A stretch of DNA of 64,000 nt from Mytilus trossulus (Eukaryota). Of the stretch, positions 13,009 through 26,779 are shown in pieces. Where the stretch lies: positions 73,263,630-73,327,629 of the forward strand of contig NC_086376.1 of the NCBI RefSeq assembly GCF_036588685.1. Direction: 5' to 3'. The notes under the pieces were generated by a model. That model saw only the letters and a program-made list of their open reading frames with translations. It did not search any database and was not told the DNA's origin. Positions within the stretch are counted from its first letter, which is position 1. Each line of letters starts with the position of its first letter. A program made the position numbers and the translations under genes.

Positions 13009-16000
13009 TTAACAAGGTAAATAGACACAATGGTACGAAGATACTCTATAGACAAAGCACAATTGCAAAAATGAAAGACAATATGCAGTGTATATAAAGT
13101 GCGAATCCAGCTAGTTCATTTTTACTGTTATATGCGGGTATGTCTATTGTAGAATAAAGGATCATGGGAAAACTGTATTTGTTTACGTTTTGAAAATATC
13201 AAGTTAAAGGATTTTAAGTTAAGTTTTAACATATTTTCATTGTGATATGTCTTTATAATATACAAACATAGCATTGAAGTTCAAATAAGTGTTATAAAAG
13301 CATCATAATATAGCATATCGATTATTGAAAGCGATCCATTTTAACTATATATGCGATGAATTATCACTGTTAGTGCAGTCATTATTAATGTAGAATTTTC
13401 AAAGATGCGAGGAATTTTTATTGTAGAATTATGTGATAAATGCACTTGCAACAAATGAAAAAAAACTTAGTTGATGACTTTAGGATTTATGATACATGTA
13501 TTTTCAAATTGAAATACAAACTCCTCATTCATTCTTCATCAAATATATATAGCTTTTCAAACTTGTAACAAAAGCGATTCTCAAAATGTCAAATTGTATT
13601 CTTCAGATAACGTTTCTCCTTGATTTTAACTTATATAGGGAATCACTGGAAGGTGACAGCAGCGGGCCCTCTTGGGCAGTCAGTGGGCCCCTACTTATGA
13701 AAAATTCTAGATCCGCGAATGGATACTACCGCAGAGGTAAAACCATGCACATTTGGGTTATTGTACACGAAATGCATGCTACAATTCATTTTTGTTGATT
13801 TTAGACCCTTTGGAACTCTATGTGGGCTATTTCAGCAACTAGGCAAAAAATCCCCAAACTAGATACATGGTTAGATTCAGCATGTCAACGAATTCCAAAT
13901 ATCTATTTTAAAGGACTTATAAATTTGGACCCCACAAAATTGAAAAAGGGACCAAAAATATAAAAAAAATGCATGCATCGGATACATTTGTTATTGAAGG
14001 CATGACTGCAACAATAGGATGAATATACAAAAATATCTTATTCTTGGGTCTCATTGGGGGGTTCTGATCCCGGATCCCGCTTACTGTTTTGTCAGATTCC
14101 CGTATTCAGCTTATTGTTTTGTCAGATTCCCGTATCCCGCTTATACTATGCAGTTCTAATTTTTATCCGTGTCCCGCTAGACTTCATTTCCCGTTTTTCA
14201 CTACACAATTATTTGACTTTCACCTGTCACGCTTGCAAAAAATCGGCAATCCGGCGTGACGCTTATACCCAAATGCTTTTTAAAAAATTTTACTCTATTT
14301 TGACTCATATTAAGCCCATTATAAATATATTAAAAAATTAGCGTAGATTTTTTTATCCCTTTTTATCCCGTCTCGTTTCGTTTTTGAGCCATATATACAT
14401 GGAGTCTTGGCTCACACCGAACAGCAAGTTATAAAGGGCTCCAGTGTAAAACCTTTTAAACGGGAAAACAAAGGTGCAATCTATATCAAGATGTACGTAA
14501 TTAGCGGTGAAGTGTCATGAAAATGGATAAAAAAAATAAGGATAAAGATCCCTATACGCTTTATAAGAAACTAAATGAATACATTTGAAATAAATGTTAT
14601 TTCTATTGAATTTATTAGAGTGTTTTAAAACCAAACTTTCCTCCGTAAGTTAAATTTTATCAAATCTTTCTCTTACTTTATCTATTGTTTGAGCAAGTCG
14701 ACTGAATTAAGGCTTTACAGCTAATTTCCTCATGCATGTAAAGCAAAACTTTGGTTGGCTTGCTTGCTTTGTTTGTATTATTGTTTATACAAACTTTGTA
14801 AATAAGATTGACATTTTTAAACAATATGAATAGGCATAGTTTAACTGTATTTTTAATATTTGAATTAAATTCGGTGTTATCATAATGATTATCCAATAAA
14901 AAAAAAAAGCAAGCAAGTCAACTAAAGTCTTGCTCTACATGCTTAAAGAAATGAGCTGTAATAGATAAAAAATAAATAAAAAATTATACAGTGAAAATGC
15001 ACCGCATATACAATAATAATGATTCGCTCCACAGTGAAAATGAAAGAATAGTATCATTATTCGACAGTAAACATGACTAGCATTACGAAATCATCATAGT
15101 GGAATTAAGTTAAATATGAAGAAACTGAATGACAAAACATATTCTACGTTATACAACTTTAATAATTGTATTAAAATGAATATTTTTTACTGCAACAACA
15201 TCTAACCTGTTAGTTATAAAGCACCTGCACGATCTGTTCGTGAAATGTCCTTAATATTCGCCTATTTTGGTATATATTTCACAGCTGGATGGCTTTAGGC
15301 GCGATAAAACCCCGCTCGCATCTCCTACTTTGTTTTATAAGTATTATGTATTTCTGAACATATACATTTTAACTAATTTTCTTGATTTTCTTCAAAAATT
15401 AAAAAAAGTTCGTCTGTTTATTTATCATTCTACATTAGACATTTATGGCATATACAGTAAAAATGATATTTTAGGATCCGCACTTTACATACACTGATAT
15501 GAATAAAAACAAAATGGCCAAATTCCAATAAAACAGTGGTTGAATGTATATATTTTGAGAAATGATAATGGGATATTCCCAAAAAAAGATAAACAGTAAA
15601 GGTTTATCATAAACAAAAACAAATACAAAAGAACCATATAATACGCAATTAAGATAATTCACAACGTCAGTACATAGAAACGTTAACTGCATACCTTAAC
15701 AATATTAATAAAATGAATTTTGGGACTGATTGATATTTTAATTTTATCTTTTACTATACATGGAGTTTCTTCATATGGGAAAATTTGCCATCGTTAAAAC
15801 TACTCAACATAACATTAAAATATATACTGCAGCTGTGCTTTTTGAGCAGTCAAATTGCATTGACTGTATATTTATATGTGATATACAGTCACTGACCGTA
15901 TATCACCTTGTTTATGACGTTGACAATGCTTTTCCGTACAGTTTTATTTATGACGTCAATAAAACATACAGGTTCGCGGCAATTTTACGTTGTCCGCTCA

Positions 16001-16069
16001 CAAGTAAAGAATGACGGTTTTTACCCTAAATACTTCATTTTGAACAGTCATAAGAGTTGCAGTATATAA

Positions 16070-16218
16070 AGAATAACCATACATTGTCTCGAAATATCAA
16101 TCTGTTATTTGTACTCGACTCGAAACAGGTAGAAATGCTCGGCACAGCCTCGCTTTCTACCTGTTTGTAAGCCTTGTACAAAAAGCATTGATATTTCGAG
16201 ACAATATATAGTTATTCT
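16070..16218. mobile_element. Palindromic MITE
   Basis: Nested IRs AGAATAAC/GTTATTCT, ATTGTCTCGAAATATCAAT/ATTGATATTTCGAGACAAT and AAACAGGTAGAAA/TTTCTACCTGTTT. Confidence 0.75.
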
Positions 16219-16814
16219 ATATGTACTAGCTTTCCATTATTGCCAATTGTGACTGTTTTGCTGAATGTGAATTTGCTATGCTCTTAGACGTGTCACGGTA
16301 TTTTTCTGTCCAAAATTTATGTATTTAGTTTTGATGTTATATTTGTTATTCTCATCGGATTTTTTCGTTTGTAGTTGTAAAATAATGTTGTTTTCTGTTC
16401 TTTTAATCACCCAGTTCATTTATAAGATTTTAGTTTGGGTCAACTAAATTTAAACAATGTGTTTTGTTTACAATTTGATTAAGGATAAATCTAATTACTA
16501 CCATTTTATTTATTCATGTATAAGTATTATAATTTTCAATGTTATTAATACATGTTATATCAGTATCACAAACCTTATCTCGAACTCTATCTTTATTTTT
16601 TTGACAAAATTAGACATTTAAATGTGACGTCACTTTTGTACGTTGATCTCTTCAGCTATCATATATTACATTGTTCGGCCGTTTTTTATGTGCTGATTTA
16701 GGTTGTAGTATGCATTCGTTTTTATTCTGAAGATAGTCACCACTTCGGTGTTAACATGTATAACTATTATATAGTAATTTTATTAAAGTTACTGCAAAAG
16801 TATGCACTATTTTA

Positions 16815-17020
16815 AATATTTTCTTATCCCAGGTAGATAACCTTAGCCGTATTTCGCACAACTTTTTGGAACTTTTGCTCCTTATAACTTTTGGTCTTCG
16901 GTGCTCTTTAGCTTTGTACTTTGTATTTTTTTTTATCTTAGCTTCACCGATAAGTCTTGTGTAGACGAAACACACGTCTGGCGTATTAAATTATAAGCCT
17001 GGTACCTTTTGATAGCTATT
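16815..17020 (+). repeat. Retrozyme-family repeat with mutated hammerhead (16941-16984)
   Basis: Reads CCGATAA-GTCT(tgtgt)AGAC-GAAA-CACACG-TC-TGGCGT. The CUGAUGA box is mutated. Confidence 0.7.
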
Positions 17021-18910
17021 ATTTGTGTGTTTCCCCGTCCTGTATATTCTACTATTTGTGTTTTTCTCCGTCCTGTATATTATACCATTTATTCGTATTG
17101 TAGTCCTGTCATGAATTGGAGTCACTTTTATGTTTTATTTAATATTGACATAAAGCGGGAGTTGTGGCAAGCCACAAAATCAGGTTCAACCTACCATTTT
17201 TTCTTAACATGTCTTGTACCAAGTCAGGAAAACGGCCATTGTTATATTATAGTTCGTTTCTGTGTGTGTATGACATTTTAGTGTTGTATTTCCGTGGTGT
17301 CGTTATTCTCCTCTTATATTTGATGTGTTCCCTCAGCAGCGGTTTACTACTGTTGCCATTTTTTATTTCCCTTTTGTACCAACTTTCGCAATGCAATATG
17401 CAGTTATTTTACTCCTTTTTCGGATCTATTTGTAGGCTCTCGTAACATCATATCGACTAAGTCTTTTTTTAATTATAAATAGTGACAGGGACTCGGGAAG
17501 AGATATTACTGTAGTGACGATATCTTATAGTAAAACTCTGATAAAATTTACAACAGCTTTGCAGTTTGACGTTAACTATGTTACTAACCAAAGATAAGAT
17601 GACGTCGCCGTGTGACGTCGACCTTGAATACACTTTGACTTCCGATACGTAACCGATCCCGCGGTCTTCACGACAATAACCAATGGGAGAGGCCAAGTTC
17701 AAAATTATGTTGGTAGAAAAGACAGAAAAACAAGACAATGAGGATTAAGACCTTAATATAGTAATGGTTGATTGTTAACGTCAATTTTATGATTGACAAC
17801 ATATTCAATAGCTGGGTTTTGCACATTTGGTGGTCCGGATGAACGACACCAAACTGCAATGTTGAACAGATAATTATAGATGATTTGCTTTGTAACAAGC
17901 CGCTTTTTGACCCACCAAGTGATTCGGCCAAGTGCAAAAAAGTAATATTTACAGATGAAGGAACATCTCTTGACTTGTCTATTCTATTTTTTTCCGACAG
18001 TTGGATACATTTTTTGGACTTGTATTGTACATTAAACCCACCAAAAAAGTGACAAAAAAAAATCTGGGAAATGTTTTTGATGTGAGAAAACGTTATAAAA
18101 AACTAATCAATTTTTTAGATGTCTTAATTGTCAGTCTCTGTGACAACATTTCCTTTTATTTAGAATTGGACTTTTTATCGAAATCCGCTCTCTTAGTATA
18201 AAATATTACCCGGCAACATGAACTCAAAGATAACATAACACTGGTTTTTATAATTATTTTCTTGTTGAATTTATTTACAAAATGAGAGAGTACCAGACCA
18301 AATTGCAATGATAAATAATAAACATAAATATAGTTTAACCACCTCCAATGCACATGTGTACAAGTTAAACGTTGAACTATTTAAGGAAAGCTTAAAATCG
18401 AAAATGATTTACATGCATGCAAATTGTTTTTATTTTATTCTATTTTATTTTATTTGTGATTAAACAAACTGGTTGCCTCAATGGTTTGTATTACAGAAGT
18501 ATTTAAAAATAAGAAATATCTAACTAAACAACTTTGATTTACTCCAGCTGTTTAATAGGACTCCAGAATGATAAACACTGCGCTTATTGAAAGTAAAGTG
18601 AGTTTGTGTCAATACAAACTATGTGGTGTTTAACAAATAATAAAAACCTCAACAATAATATGGAACATTCAGAACAATCTATGGGGAAATAATGACAGCA
18701 TGCATTATGACAATTGCATCATTATAAAGCTGGTATTCGTACAATTACAGAACAGAAAATTAAGAAACGCCATAAAATGTTCTCCCACTCATTTTTACAA
18801 AACACAACGACGAATCTTCTCGAAGTTATGGAAGTAACAATAAATAACTCTTTAACATGAACAAATCAATGTCAAATGATAAACCTACTCGGAACATTAT
18901 TGAAAACACA

Positions 18911-20781
18911 TCAAAAGGTTGGCTGAGAAAGCATGTTTTGTTCACGTCCAGTTTGTCGGACCTTGCTAGTCGTGACCCATTGTAAAGTTTGTTTCTGAAA
19001 AGAAGCGTGTTCATGAATATCCTCTTCCCCACTATCGTAATGTTCGGCTGTCACGTGCTTCGATCCTGAATTTGTCTTATTTTTCAAAGTTTTCACATTT
19101 GATATGTTCTGGTCTTCAGATGAGTTGTTAGTCTCAGCTGTGTTTAAAGAATGTTTTATTGTCACTATTTGGCCTTCAATGCCAATTGTACTCTGTTTAT
19201 TTTCAGGATGAACTTGAAAAGATTTGTTATCGTCAATGTTAGAACGTTCCCCTGCGATTTGATTCTGCGCACTTTTCTTTGATAGCCTTTTTTTATGTCT
19301 TATTTTCTGTCGATCACCAGGATCACTTGACCACCCTGATTCTGAACTATTTGTTTTAACTTGTCCATCCACCATTTCTGGTGAGCTGAAAGATAATGTG
19401 TCTTCATTCAACCACAATAATCCTAAGGTATCTTGATATCTATTACAATCTTTCGCTTTTTGCAATGCTGTGCTAGTAGATGATTTGCCTGGAATATCGG
19501 CTATGTTATTTAAATCTAATATATCGAAGTGTCCAAATTCATTAAGCCGTCTGCCTATACTGTCTTTTTTAATTTCCTCTGCAGTTTTCTCTCTGAAATA
19601 ATTGTCTCCTCTTGAACCTGAATATTTTGTTACATTTTGGACATCTTTTAATAATTTACTTCCTGTATATCCGGTGGAAAAACGACTCTCGTTATTTTCG
19701 TCCAAATAACTTTCATTTTCGTCAATTTCAGATTTGATATCATTATACACTGATTCAGCAGTTAATCCTAGCCTACTAACTTCGTCAGAAATTGTATGTT
19801 GTTTATTATTTCTAGATTTGGAAGTCTGTGGAAACGAATTTACTCTTGGCCTGAAGGTTAAATTGGTTGTATCTACAATATATTTTTTTTAAGATGAAAT
19901 TACTACAGACCAAATTACCATTTAGCAAAAAATGCATGTAGAGCAAAAACAAAAATAGTATGATAACAGGGTACCAGAAGTTGTATGTTATATTTATTAC
20001 AGATGACTGTGTTCATAGTAGAACACAGTGCAGTCAACCGCACATTTAAATAAATTCACTTACCTTCATTTGATTTGTGTTGAAAAAAAATCAATAGCAA
20101 TCATACACCATATATACAGTTTTATATACACGGGTTAATATCCCTAGTGTGTGTCAAATTAAGATACACACAAGTTGCGCGTAAACAAAAACAAATTCTA
20201 TGTAGTAATCCTGGACATATTTTTATTTTTAACAAGTGACGACTGAGTTTGACCATTTGTTTTGATTTGGAAAATATATGACCACAGACTAAATGTGTAT
20301 AACTATACGTTAATCAATGTATTCAAAGGATTAAAGGATCAAAGAATTATTTGTGTGAAAAAATGAGCATACTGACCAATATAAGTTATATAGACATAAA
20401 AATAAGAATACAAAAATGTTAAAAAGCCCAAATATAGTCATGATAGTACGAAATTGAAAGAGCATTGAGGAGCAAAAATTCCTAAAAGATTTGCCAAATA
20501 CAGCTTTGTAATATATTCCTGAGGTAGAAATGGTGCATTTGTCAAAAATTCAACATCCAGCTAATGAGCAGAAAACAGTCAAAAACATATATAGTGTGTG
20601 TACCTTCGTTTCCGTCGGAAGTTATATCTGCTGTCTTTTCAATTGAAGAGAACAGATCAAAAGATCTAAGATACTTTTTGGAAAATGGCAGGTAATTTGG
20701 TCCGTCTTCCAAAGATGTACGTTGTCCATTAAATATAGGGACTTTACAGCAATGCAAGGCTTCATCCGAAGTTCTGTCCAT
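18911..20781 (-). CDS. Uncharacterised ~379-aa hydrophilic low-complexity (S/N/K/E/D-rich) protein, two coding exons
   Basis: Exon 20604-20788 (ATG at 20781, phase-1 donor GAAG/GT) joins in frame to exon 18911-19872 (acceptor ttgtag), which has 320 open codons to TGA. A possible upstream 47-nt exon lies at 21892-21938. No recognisable domain. Confidence 0.65.
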
Positions 20782-21120
20782 TTTTTGTCTAAAATAGAAA
20801 AATATCCTTTTTTTAATAACAGCAGCATGTGTTGGTAGAAACTTACTTAGTTTGCTACATGAACCTGTTAAAGTTATAGTTAAAAAAACCATCATAAGTA
20901 TTAAGCAGAATATAAGTTGTCGAAACGCATTTACAGAAAAATGCGTTTTTCTGCTTCTTTTCTTCAAAAACAGTTTAAAATTCAAATTCAGACAATGGCA
21001 TTCCTTGTTGTTTTATTTGAAAGACCTTTAAATATTCATTTTAATATTCAGTACGCTCCACTTGAAAAAATCAGTCAAAATGACCAGACATATACCATTA
21101 ACTCTCAAATTCTTTAGTTT

Positions 21121-21400
21121 AAGAGTAGTCACACGATCATGTCATCGATAAAGAGTAATCACACGATTATGTCATCGACAAGGAGTAATCACACGATCTT
21201 GTCATCGACAAAGAGTAATAACACAATCATGCAATCGTCAAAGAGTAATCACACGATCCAGTTATCGACAAAGAGAACCACGAGATCATGTCAGCGACAA
21301 AGAGAAACATGAGATCAAGTCATCCGCGAAAGAGTAATCACACGATTCTGCCATCGACAAAGAGGTATCACATGATCATACCATAGCCGAAGAGTAATCT
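21121..21400. repeat. 30-bp minisatellite, about 9 copies
   Basis: Unit AAGAGTAATCACACGATCATGTCATCGACA, with variants. Confidence 0.9.
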
Positions 21401-23225
21401 GTATTAAACATTTATAAATGTCATTATACTCTATTCGATCGTCCGTTATTTGTTTTACCCATTGTTCTCCTATACTTCATATATTTGTTCTCTTTTAAGT
21501 TTTTTTTGTCCTATTTGCAAAGATACTTCCCGTTAAGAGCTGACGATAAATTTAGTTTTCTTTGTTGGACTCTGTTATTCTGCACTATTGCCCATTATTC
21601 TCTTTTCTGGAAACCTAATTCAGACCCTCGTGAACTAGGTTAGTTTTCACCAGTATCAATGGCAACGGTTAAAGAATAAAGGGATTATAAATGTATGTTG
21701 ACAAAAAAAAACAAACATATGCTTATTATTTAACAAAACATATGTCCTCTACATATTGAACTTGTCCCAAAAGTAAAACACTTTATTTTTAGTCTTACAT
21801 TCTAACATGATCAAAAAATAAAGAAAATACTGTAACAGAATATTAGAAATCTATAACAATTTTATTTCAAAACAATAAAAGTTGTTGTTACCTGCTTGTA
21901 AGAATATGTTTACATATATAATTATTATTATCCACGTCCTGTTAATAACAAGTTAATAATAGCATATCAAAACACAGCATATCGTGTAAGTAGGTCAATG
22001 ACCCGATTATGCGTCTATCGATTCATTAAAGTAACTAGGATAGAACGTAGTAGTTTATAATACAAACACACTTCTATTTTGTTTTACTGAGTATCTTTTC
22101 CAAACTTAAGATTTATCACGTTTATAGGCACCAAAAAGGAGCATTATGAACAACCAATATCAGCTAATTAAGTTTTCCAGGCACGATAATGTGGATAATA
22201 TACAAAGAAAACCACAAAAAACAAGTTGTTGTGACATTGGGAAGTCATTGAATACATGTACGTTTATCTCGATGTGTACGTGACTGCCGATAATTTATAT
22301 GTACTCTGATGCGCTTAAATGTAAAATGATATTATTTTCTGGATCTTTGTGATAATTTGTAATTGTTTCTTCTATGAATAATTTAAAACAAGAACCTTCA
22401 TTACACTTCTAGCAAAATACTCGGATCCGAAATGTTTTTTTGTCCTGTCAACACCAAATTAAGTTTGTAATTTTAAATATCATAAATTTTACAACGGAAT
22501 GAAAAGTAAAATTATCACAAAACACCAAATTCCAAGGAAATATCAAAACGGAAAGTCCTTCAACAAATGGCAAAATCAAACGGTTAAATGCACCAAACGA
22601 ATGAAAAGCAACTTTCCGATTACTCTTAACTTAGTACAAGCATTTCCTTATGTAGAAAATGATGGATTATCGCTATATATTGACAACAATATGAGTGCAA
22701 AACAAACCTCTAGACATAATCGGTAAACATGTGAAAAATTGAAAAATAAGTCAACATTGTGTTATGATCTTAATCACTATTTACCATGTTTACCATGTTA
22801 ACATGATTAAACAAACGTACAACTATGACAACAAAGAAAAACAAAACGGCTTAGGACAGAGCACATAGTAAAAATAAAAAACAAGAAAACAAAAAAAAAT
22901 GAACAAAGCACAAAAACACAGTGGCTGGATATATAAATACCAAGCCACGCAAAAAGGATATTAATAAAAAATGAATTTTAAAGGTTAAAATTTAAAAAAA
23001 AAAACATAAAAAATAATAACACTGGAACACGTAAATAAGATGATTAACTACGTTATACATAGAAATGTAACATGTATAACTTTATAATATTCATGACATG
23101 AGTTCTTTGATATATTGATATTTCCACATTTCAATACATGGTTTTTCTACACATGGGAAAAATTATCAAGTTTTAATCTACACCAATTAACATACGAATT
23201 GAATAAGTTTCCATCAATTCACCAT

Positions 23226-23801
23226 AGGAGTAGGTCCGGTAAGAGCCGATTTTGGCCTAGAATTCCAGGTTCATCTAACGAAATATTTTGGACACTTTTT
23301 AAACACTTAAGTGTCTATTTCAATTGATCCATTAGTTTATGTGAATGATTTCAACTGAGTTAGTCATTATAAACGCTCCGATTCAGGCTCAAATATGCAA
23401 AATCTATCAAATATGCAAAAAATCGTCTTTTTTCAGAAGGTTTTTGTTTAAAATGAAAGTAGCCGCATCCGTGTTCATCCTCAACCTTTATATATGTTAT
23501 GTATGATCATCAAATACAACTTACATTTCAATATCATGAATGAACACGAATGCGGCCACTTTCATTTAAGACGGACACTGTCTAAAATTTAACTAAAATG
23601 CTAAAATTGTAAAGATTTCAGTAATTCAGCATGACTTAATGATGTTAGTACCAATGTGCATTGTATTGTAAAGAAAACCAGCCCATATTTGTGTAGCAGA
23701 AGCATTCTACTTTCCAATAAATAGCTAAAAGATTCCATTTTTACAAGTTAATAAAACTGATATATTTTGGGACAAAAAAGGGACTTACTGAACCTACTCC
23801 T
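23226..23801. mobile_element. Non-autonomous DNA transposon (MITE)
   Basis: Imperfect TIRs AGGAGTAGGTCCGGTAAG / CTTACTGAACCTACTCCT. Confidence 0.7.
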
Positions 23802-24929
23802 CTCTCAATGTGACATGTATTTATGCGTCTCCTTTTTTACTTCTTGATCGGATCAATTTGTGGACTTTCCCGTATCATCACATGGACCTAGCCTTATTAA
23901 ATATAGAGCCAAGTCAAAAATATTGTTGGCAGAATAAAAAGAAAACAAAAAATTACAAAAACAAAAGTTATTTCCCAATTTAGGTGAAAGACCTTCAACA
24001 TCGTTTGTTGATTGTTGTTTTGTTGACGTCCAGTGATAAATATTGCATGCATATATAAGACTAGATTAGATTGACAAAGTGTTCAATAAGTAGGGTTTTT
24101 AAAGTTGGTGGTCCGGAGAGCCAACTGCCATGCGAAAATATAGTAGATAATTTGCCTTCTAAAAAAACGATTATGGACTCTTCCGGGTTTTTGTTTCAAT
24201 GTGCTATGAACGTTGCGTGATTAAGCATAATTTCCGTATACAGCCAGATGTAGTTTTGTATCTATAGATTCCGTAATGAAAACGGTCAGCTCCTCTTCAT
24301 TCTAATTGTTTTAGTGTCAATATCATGAAATAAGTTGATCAAATCTGTATTTCCAAATCAAACCTTACGGTTCAATGGTTCGTTTCGTCTAATCAGCATT
24401 GCATTTGTAAACATACCAGTGATTTGTGTTGCCTTTCAGTGCTTCTGTTGTTCCGTTGCTTGTCTTTGATAGTTGATGTGTTTCACTCGATTTTAGTTTG
24501 TAACCCGGGTTTGTTCTCTCTTAATCGATTTATGACTTTTAAAAAGCGGTATATTACTGTTGTCTTATTGTAACGAAGGAGCGATTGATAAACTGATTGT
24601 TTCTATAACGTTTAATGGCAAATAATTCATTTATATTCAAAAAGAAAACAAATGATTACTTTTTCATTAGGTAGGTTTTGCAAATTTTGGAATAAATGCC
24701 TGCGGTGGGGCCAAGTATAGTGTCCATACATATATACCAAGCGACGTAAAAACTAGAGACTCGAGGAAAGTAGGACTGCGACAAATGGAATATATACGTG
24801 TTTATTTGTTTCTCAAAAACTTATGATAAAATGTTGCAATAAAGTAACAAAACTAGAGCGAAATTGAAACCCTGTGTTTCATATTCCTTCAGAATTATTT
24901 TGTGAAACAGTTAATTATAGTTATAACAT

Positions 24930-25775
24930 ATTTCCAAACACCTGATTCCGACTTTTATTGGATACCTAAATTGAATAAACAAATAAATGTAACTATAACA
25001 AAATTAAATAGCGGGGTCTTCCACGTGATCCAATGAACTTTTTTTTAAATTATAAACATCAATTTTACCACCAATAAAAGCCGGGCTTTAGTTATTGTGA
25101 AACTACTTACTTTAGTGGCGGCGTAAAAATTCCAAAAATATGTAAGTATACATATAATCTAAGAATATTTACCTTTGCAAAAGTATTTGACCTGTCTACC
25201 CTTTACAAGTATTCCATATTCAAAACTTGAAGACAAATTGAATTGCATAAAAAAGAATGACCAACGTAGATACAAGTACCTAGCCATAAGGAGGGAAATC
25301 GTATTTTGAAAACAAATCACTGTGAATCAAACAAACCATTCTTTGTATAGGATCTTATAAAAAACCACAATCTAGCATTATCCTGTTACTTCACGTTCTG
25401 CATTATAGATTAAGTAATTTCACTAAATAATGCAACCATACCTAGTCCATCGAACTTGTAATAAAGAATACAAGTCTGACTTGTAAATTCACTTGCACCT
25501 AAAAATTTACAATGACGATCGGTTAGAAACACAAATTTACAACAAAATAGATGAATTCAGCATTTAAATTGTGAACTTTCTATTTCAATGTAGCAACATC
25601 CCAGAATCGCAGGCATGTGGTGTATTTAGCTCCCAGTCGATACGACATTCAAGAGCTTACATTGCTTAGATGAGGATTGCTACTTGCAAGGATGACAAAG
25701 ATCCAAGAATACAAAGCGGTGACGTCGAAATCATCCCTTTGAAAGTTGTTATGGACACGAATTGGTTGTGGGATG
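24930..25775 (+). mobile_element. Degenerate PLE-like RT relic
   Basis: Broken motifs FYWIPKL, AGSST, FDLSTLY.SIP, and CSNIPESQACGVFSSQSIRHSRA. Confidence 0.65.
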
Positions 25776-26779
25776 AAATAAAATTGAGAATGGAAATGGG
25801 GAATGTATCAACGAGACAACAACCCGACCATAGAAAAAAACAACATATGACGACGGTTACATTCTCGTACATTTAAATATTTTGAGAACAAAAATCGACT
25901 CCCGCCAGACGATTGGAAGATTGGGCAGCGAATAACACGTTTCGTCACATCAATATTTTAGATTTCTTACTTGGACTTTTCATGAGTCTTTTGATTCTGT
26001 TTTCCTCAATATGACTATAACAGGCCAACATACACAGTTTTGATTTTTGTTTTTATTCAGTATCCTGCACAGATGCAAGCTCCGTTATCATTTTTATATT
26101 CATACTATCTTGTGACTTTGAACGTTATACTTAATAAAAAAAATATATTTGAAATTTGAATTGAGATTTATTCTAAATTATTATTGTACCAGTAACAGTC
26201 CATTTTCAATTGAAATAAATTATCTTTAATGGTCAAACCGTATCCAATTTATTTGCTTTAAGATTATAAGTCATAATGATTTCTAAAGTTAGACTTAACA
26301 CGCTTATTCTAGACTTTAATATAAGATTAGAAAGTTCAAGGTTGTTCCACAATCTTTGTCCGAAATCGAGGTTAAGATTATCTTGTTTCTTAAATTTAAA
26401 TATTAAAATCTATACTAATTCTAAAAACATTTTCATAACTGCCAATTCGACCTGGTTATTGTTTTGTATGTTTGTTATAAGCCTTTTGACGTTGAATATA
26501 TTCATTAGAGAAATGCATTTTATGTTTGGATTTTTTTTTACTGTTATCTTTAATGGTTTGAGATCAGCTCGGATTTTTCTTTTTGATTTATCGAGCAAAT
26601 AAATAATAGTATACAGGTTTTCGATGTTGAGTGTTCTTTATAGATATAAGCTTTATTGTTTTTCATGAACAATTTCGGCTTTTCGGTTTTCTTTCTTATG
26701 ATTTTTCGAGCAAAAAATGAAAGTTTACAGATTAAAGAATGTAATTTTTACAACTTTGGTTTTGACCTTCTCAAACTAC

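Noticed and set aside
17500-18000. CpG-richer patch with TGACGTC and CCAAT motifs and short ORFs
   Set aside because: Promoter-like, but no associated exon or recognisable protein could be supported.
18826-19032. Overlapping ORF as an alternative C-terminus of the unknown gene
   Set aside because: No splice or frameshift evidence; the main frame ends normally at 18911.
21121-21400. 30-bp repeat as a CRISPR array or coding repeat
   Set aside because: No spacers, copies are degenerate, and there is no supporting ORF or splice context.
25880-26700. Possible minus-strand LINE (L1/Tx1-like) relic
   Set aside because: It looks like decayed coding sequence, but I could not identify a diagnostic motif.
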